Positions 60,268-64,000 of a stretch of DNA of 64,000 bases are shown here, in pieces. The position numbers were made by a program, and so were the translations under genes. This DNA comes from a virus, in the IMG/VR virus record IMGVR_UViG_3300023179_000086, positions 1 to 64,000 of that record; one strand, 5' to 3'. The notes below the pieces were generated by a model. It was not told where the DNA came from. It did not search any database and saw nothing but the letters and a program-made list of their open reading frames with translations. Within the stretch, counting starts at the first letter, position 1; each line of letters starts with the position of its first letter.

Positions 60268-61034
60268 TTATATTTTATAACTTTAATTACTAAACCACTA
60301 ATATCTATTTCATACCATTTTTCACCATAATACCAACGTTTAGGATAACGATGATGATTATTGTGCCATGATTCGCCCCAACTTGGTATAGCCCATACCC
60401 AATTATTAGCACTCCTATCGTTTAAATTATATCGTCTTGATCCACCAAACCAATTGGGCATATGACCTGAAAAGTTAACTATGTTACTCATAAACACCGA
60501 GAGTACAACAGGTGCCCAATGTAGAAATATCATTAAATACCATCCACCGATTAAGTATAATAACCCACTCCAACTAAGTAATATCAAAACATAATAACGA
60601 TGTAAAAAACGATGGTAAGGATCTGATATTAATTCACGCATGCGCCATTTTACAGAATGGTCCATGGGGTAACGATGAAAAAACAATTTCCAACCATAAA
60701 CGTATGGTGTATGTGGATCATCTTCTTTATCACTTCGTAAATGATGTTTTAAATGTATACTTACCCATACTATACTACTGCCTGTACCTGCCAAACATCC
60801 AAATAATGTGAATAATTTTATAATCCATGGATGTGTGTTATATGCTTTATGTGTGTGAAAACGATGAAATGCTACTACAATACCCAAACAAACGTATATA
60901 AAGTAACCTAATATAGTTAATCCTACTGTTTGCCATGTAACGCCATAGGTATAAAATGCCCATATACTAGCTACACAACTTGTTGCAAGTAGTGCTTGTG
61001 TAAAATTGTTATTGCTGACATACCATTTTTGCAT
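60264..61034 (-). CDS. membrane acyl desaturase #7, type B
   Basis: HRFHTH, HLKHH, HNNHH; close paralogue of #2. Confidence 0.92.
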   Translation of the reverse strand: MQKWYVSNNNFTQALLATSCVASIWAFYTYGVTWQTVGLTILGYFIYVCLGIVVAFHRFHTHKAYNTHPWIIKLFTLFGCLAGTGSSIVWVSIHLKHHLRSDKEDDPHTPYVYGWKLFFHRYPMDHSVKWRMRELISDPYHRFLHRYYVLILLSWSGLLYLIGGWYLMIFLHWAPVVLSVFMSNIVNFSGHMPNWFGGSRRYNLNDRSANNWVWAIPSWGESWHNNHHRYPKRWYYGEKWYEIDISGLVIKVIKYN

Positions 61035-61042
61035 GTTAGTAT

Positions 61043-61663
61043 TTATTGCTGTTCTTCCACCCATCTAATACTATTCCAATCAGGTTCATAACTCTCATCT
61101 ATTTTATGATAGACAACATATTGCTTAGTGTTATTAATCTTAAGTGGATAATCAACATGAAATTGACCATTGTAAAACAAGCTATTTACATTGCGTTTTT
61201 TCTGTATGCCTAAACCACTCCGTTTAAAATAAGGTATAAGTCGTTTATTATATTCATTAAATGTTAAACACAATGTCTTATAATTTCTTTGTTTTGCCCA
61301 CGCTAGTTGTAGTGGACATAGATGCCGACCAACTAAAAACTGTCCACGATATGATTTATTGACCCAAGTTCTTACACCACCAAGTGCAACATAAGGATCA
61401 AAATCTGATTTGTTTACCCCACTAATGGCAATCATTTCACCAAACTTTAATAAAGCAAATACATCACCATTATCTTGCTTAAATCGATTGCTATGATAAA
61501 TTAAGTACGGTAAGGTTGATGGGTTATTTCCCCAATCATCATCCCACATATTTATATGGCTTGGTTCATCCTTTTCTTGAAATGCATCAAAACAAAATTT
61601 AAGAATAAAATTTTTATGATCAACATGAAAATTATTGTCAAATATACTTAAAGTAGTAAGCAT
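61043..61663 (-). CDS. GNAT-family acyltransferase
   Basis: RTWVNKSYRGQ (CoA-binding motif A-like); LTFNEYN. Confidence 0.7.
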   Translation of the reverse strand: MLTTLSIFDNNFHVDHKNFILKFCFDAFQEKDEPSHINMWDDDWGNNPSTLPYLIYHSNRFKQDNGDVFALLKFGEMIAISGVNKSDFDPYVALGGVRTWVNKSYRGQFLVGRHLCPLQLAWAKQRNYKTLCLTFNEYNKRLIPYFKRSGLGIQKKRNVNSLFYNGQFHVDYPLKINNTKQYVVYHKIDESYEPDWNSIRWVEEQQ

Positions 61664-62418
61664 TATTTTTTAAGAAGTTTAATAATATTACCTGCAATAT
61701 CATATTCCCATGGCTGAACAGTTGTGGTATAGTTAGTACTGTTATGATGGTGATTATTATGCCAACCTTCCCCCCATAAAAACAAATTTAATAACCAACT
61801 ATTTGTACTATTGTCATTAGTTTCAAATGATTTATAACCATTACTATGAGGAACTAAAATAAATGCGGCTGCAGCAAAATGCGTTAAAATAACAGGGATT
61901 GCATAAAAATATATCATTGTTTTAATACTTATTATACTAAGTAAAGTTACCCATATTAAAATTATTAATACGTAATAATCATTTATAAAAACATGTTTTT
62001 TAGTTAACAGATCCTTTATATATTTTTTTTGTATAGTTTCTCCAAAATTTATCATGATAGGCATTAAAACTTTTAATCCAACATTTTTTGGATTATGTGG
62101 ATCATTAATAGTATCTGATTGTTTATGATGTAAACGGTGAATATAACTCCATCCTAATGGACTCCCACGAACTGATAATATAGCCACGATAGTAAAAAAA
62201 TGTTTTAATAAATTTGTTTTAAAAACAAAACTACGATGTGCATAGTAACGATGTAAACCAATTACAAACCCCAAACAACTGAAAATAAAATAACCTATAA
62301 TAATATTAAGTATATCAATTGTTGTTATATCATATGTAACCAATCCATAGATACTTAATAATAAAAAGGAACCATGTAAGATTGATAAATTTAATCCTGT
62401 TGGACGCAAATAATTCAT
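61663..62418 (-). CDS. membrane acyl desaturase #8, type A
   Basis: HRYYAH, HRLHH, HNNHH; shares RGSP.GW.YIHR with #1. Confidence 0.92.
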   Translation of the reverse strand: MNYLRPTGLNLSILHGSFLLLSIYGLVTYDITTIDILNIIIGYFIFSCLGFVIGLHRYYAHRSFVFKTNLLKHFFTIVAILSVRGSPLGWSYIHRLHHKQSDTINDPHNPKNVGLKVLMPIMINFGETIQKKYIKDLLTKKHVFINDYYVLIILIWVTLLSIISIKTMIYFYAIPVILTHFAAAAFILVPHSNGYKSFETNDNSTNSWLLNLFLWGEGWHNNHHHNSTNYTTTVQPWEYDIAGNIIKLLKK

Positions 62419-62421
62419 AAT

Positions 62422-62442
62422 AATATTTAGGTCCTAAATATT
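62422..62442. promoter_or_regulatory. palindromic back-to-back late promoters
   Basis: AATATTTAGG-T-CCTAAATATT; TAAATA 5-7 nt upstream of each divergent ATG. Confidence 0.7.
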
Positions 62443-62447
62443 TCAAT

Positions 62448-63914
62448 ATGCAAATAATACTTTTTACAGACGTAGCAGACACTATTGGTTATGGAAAATA
62501 TGCAGGTACATACAAATTAGCTACAGAATTACGATTACACAGCTACACTTGTCAAGTTATTGATGTGTTTTCTTATTATTCATGGGCACAACTTACATCT
62601 TTAGCAACCAAATTTATAACAAAAGATACTGTATTGGTTGGATTTAGTTGTACGCTAAGCGAAAAAAGAATACATGGTAAAGTATATAACTTTGGAATGG
62701 AGGATCAACGATTTGTAGATTTCCTTACTTATATAAAACAAATTAATCAAAATGTTCGTGTGGCCTTAGGTGGTGCAAGAATGAATAATATATGCCATTG
62801 GCAAGGTGTAGATTATGTTGTATTAAATAAAGCAGATCGAGCAATTATCGCTATTGTTGAACATCTTTTATACAAAAAAGAATTAATTACTCATCGTCAA
62901 AGTCCATCGTTTCTTGTAGATGGTAACGACTACCCATATAACCAAGAAGATTTTAGTCGTAGCCAAATTATTTTTGAACCTAATGATATCATTTTTCAAA
63001 ACGAAGCACTTCCTATTGAAGTTAGTCGTGGTTGTATCTTTCAATGCGCATTCTGTAGATACGATCACATCGGTAAAAAAATTGGAGAATGGCAAAAAAC
63101 TGCGGATACTTTACGCAACGAATTTCTTCGCAACTATGAATTATATGGTACAACGAATTACATGTTTAGTGATGAGTTAATTAATGAAAGTTTAGACAAG
63201 ATGAATTTTTTGTGTGAAGTAGTGAGTAGTTTACCATTTAAGTTGCAGTATACGAGTTACGCTAGGATTGATTTAATATGGCGATACCCTCAAATGCGTG
63301 AATTATTGTTAGAAAGTGGTGCTATTAGTTTGCAATTTGGTATAGAAACATTGAATGAATCAGTAGGAAAAAAGATTGGTAAAGGATTAGCTACACAAAA
63401 AATTAAAGATACTTTAAGTTATTGTGGTGAATTATGGAAAGATAAAATTATTATGGCAAGCAATTTTATTGTAGGGTTACCCAACGAAACTGAAGAAAGT
63501 ATTTGGAATACAGTAAATTATTTAGTAAGTGACGAATGTAAATTAGATATATTTGGATTTCTGCCATTGGCAATAAAAGTAGAAGATGATGGTAGAAAAT
63601 CAAGTAAAATAGATCGAGATCCAAAAAATTTTGGATATACTATTGTTGCAACAAATGATTGGGATAATGGGCACATGAAATATGAAGATGCTAAAAAATT
63701 AGTACACAGAATTTGGAGAGATCCAAGAGTTCAAAAAAAAGCTAAATTTGGGGCAGCAACTTGGATTGGGAGAATTATTAATCTAGGATATTCATTAGAG
63801 GAAATTTTTATCTTATTAAATGGAAATCTTACTCAACATGAACTATCAACTTTTTTTAAAGACAAAACACTTTCAAAAAAATTAGAATATTATAACAAAT
63901 TAATGGAATTATAA
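62448..63914 (+). CDS. radical SAM enzyme with B12-binding-like N-terminal domain
   Basis: SRGCIFQCAFC (CxxxCxxC), FGIET, FIVGLPNET. Confidence 0.88.
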   Translation: MQIILFTDVADTIGYGKYAGTYKLATELRLHSYTCQVIDVFSYYSWAQLTSLATKFITKDTVLVGFSCTLSEKRIHGKVYNFGMEDQRFVDFLTYIKQINQNVRVALGGARMNNICHWQGVDYVVLNKADRAIIAIVEHLLYKKELITHRQSPSFLVDGNDYPYNQEDFSRSQIIFEPNDIIFQNEALPIEVSRGCIFQCAFCRYDHIGKKIGEWQKTADTLRNEFLRNYELYGTTNYMFSDELINESLDKMNFLCEVVSSLPFKLQYTSYARIDLIWRYPQMRELLLESGAISLQFGIETLNESVGKKIGKGLATQKIKDTLSYCGELWKDKIIMASNFIVGLPNETEESIWNTVNYLVSDECKLDIFGFLPLAIKVEDDGRKSSKIDRDPKNFGYTIVATNDWDNGHMKYEDAKKLVHRIWRDPRVQKKAKFGAATWIGRIINLGYSLEEIFILLNGNLTQHELSTFFKDKTLSKKLEYYNKLMEL

Positions 63915-64000
63915 TGATACAAGAAAATAAACTCATTGGTTTTAGTAATGCGGAAACAACTTATTTTGCATACGAATCATTGCCATTGTGCGGCATTGGT
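63914..64000 (+). CDS. partial ORF running off the window
   Basis: TAATG-coupled ATG; open to the end (MIQENKLIGF...). Confidence 0.55.
   Translation, partial: MIQENKLIGFSNAETTYFAYESLPLCGIG

Noticed and set aside
1-64000. Stop-codon reassignment as seen in some large phages
   Set aside because: Core genes are full length under code 11 and TAA, TAG and TGA all terminate genes.
45683-64000. Island as flanking host chromosome (prophage boundary)
   Set aside because: It shares the phage late-promoter motif and, outside one patch, the same CCAG/CTGG/CCGG avoidance as the core; no integrase or att site is seen.

Overview
This window is a 64-kb, very AT-rich, densely coding fragment of a large T4-like (myovirus) phage genome, read in standard genetic code. 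I saw no tRNA, rRNA or CRISPR array. Bases 1-45.6 kb are phage core. Replication, repair and nucleotide genes include a family-B DNA polymerase, sliding clamp, UvsE, 5'-3' exonuclease, UvsW-like helicase, a miniature DnaE-like protein, primase, replicative helicase, iscA, nrdA/nrdB and glutaredoxin. Virion genes include a fibre, PAAR and baseplate-like protein, plus a SleB-type hydrolase. Control signals are sigma70-type early promoters and T4-type late (T)ATAAATA promoters. From 45.7 kb to the window end lies an enzyme island that looks like a phage-encoded biosynthetic cluster and carries late-promoter motifs. It holds 8 intact membrane acyl-desaturase paralogues plus the remnant of a ninth, a FabF-type ketosynthase, 3 PP-loop ATPases, 3 GNAT-like proteins, a Rieske oxygenase, 4 2OG-Fe(II)-type oxygenases, a cupin and a radical SAM enzyme. 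Four other signals stand out. CCGG and CCAG/CTGG are nearly purged except inside CCWGG, and the purge fails over one apparently recent 1.3-kb import. An HNH element appears to have replaced the 3' end of iscA. A candidate pseudoknotted leader RNA sits at 14.3 kb. T4-style hairpin/late-promoter control and capsid-targeting-like N-termini are present. All calls are by-eye motif recognition; no database searches were run.
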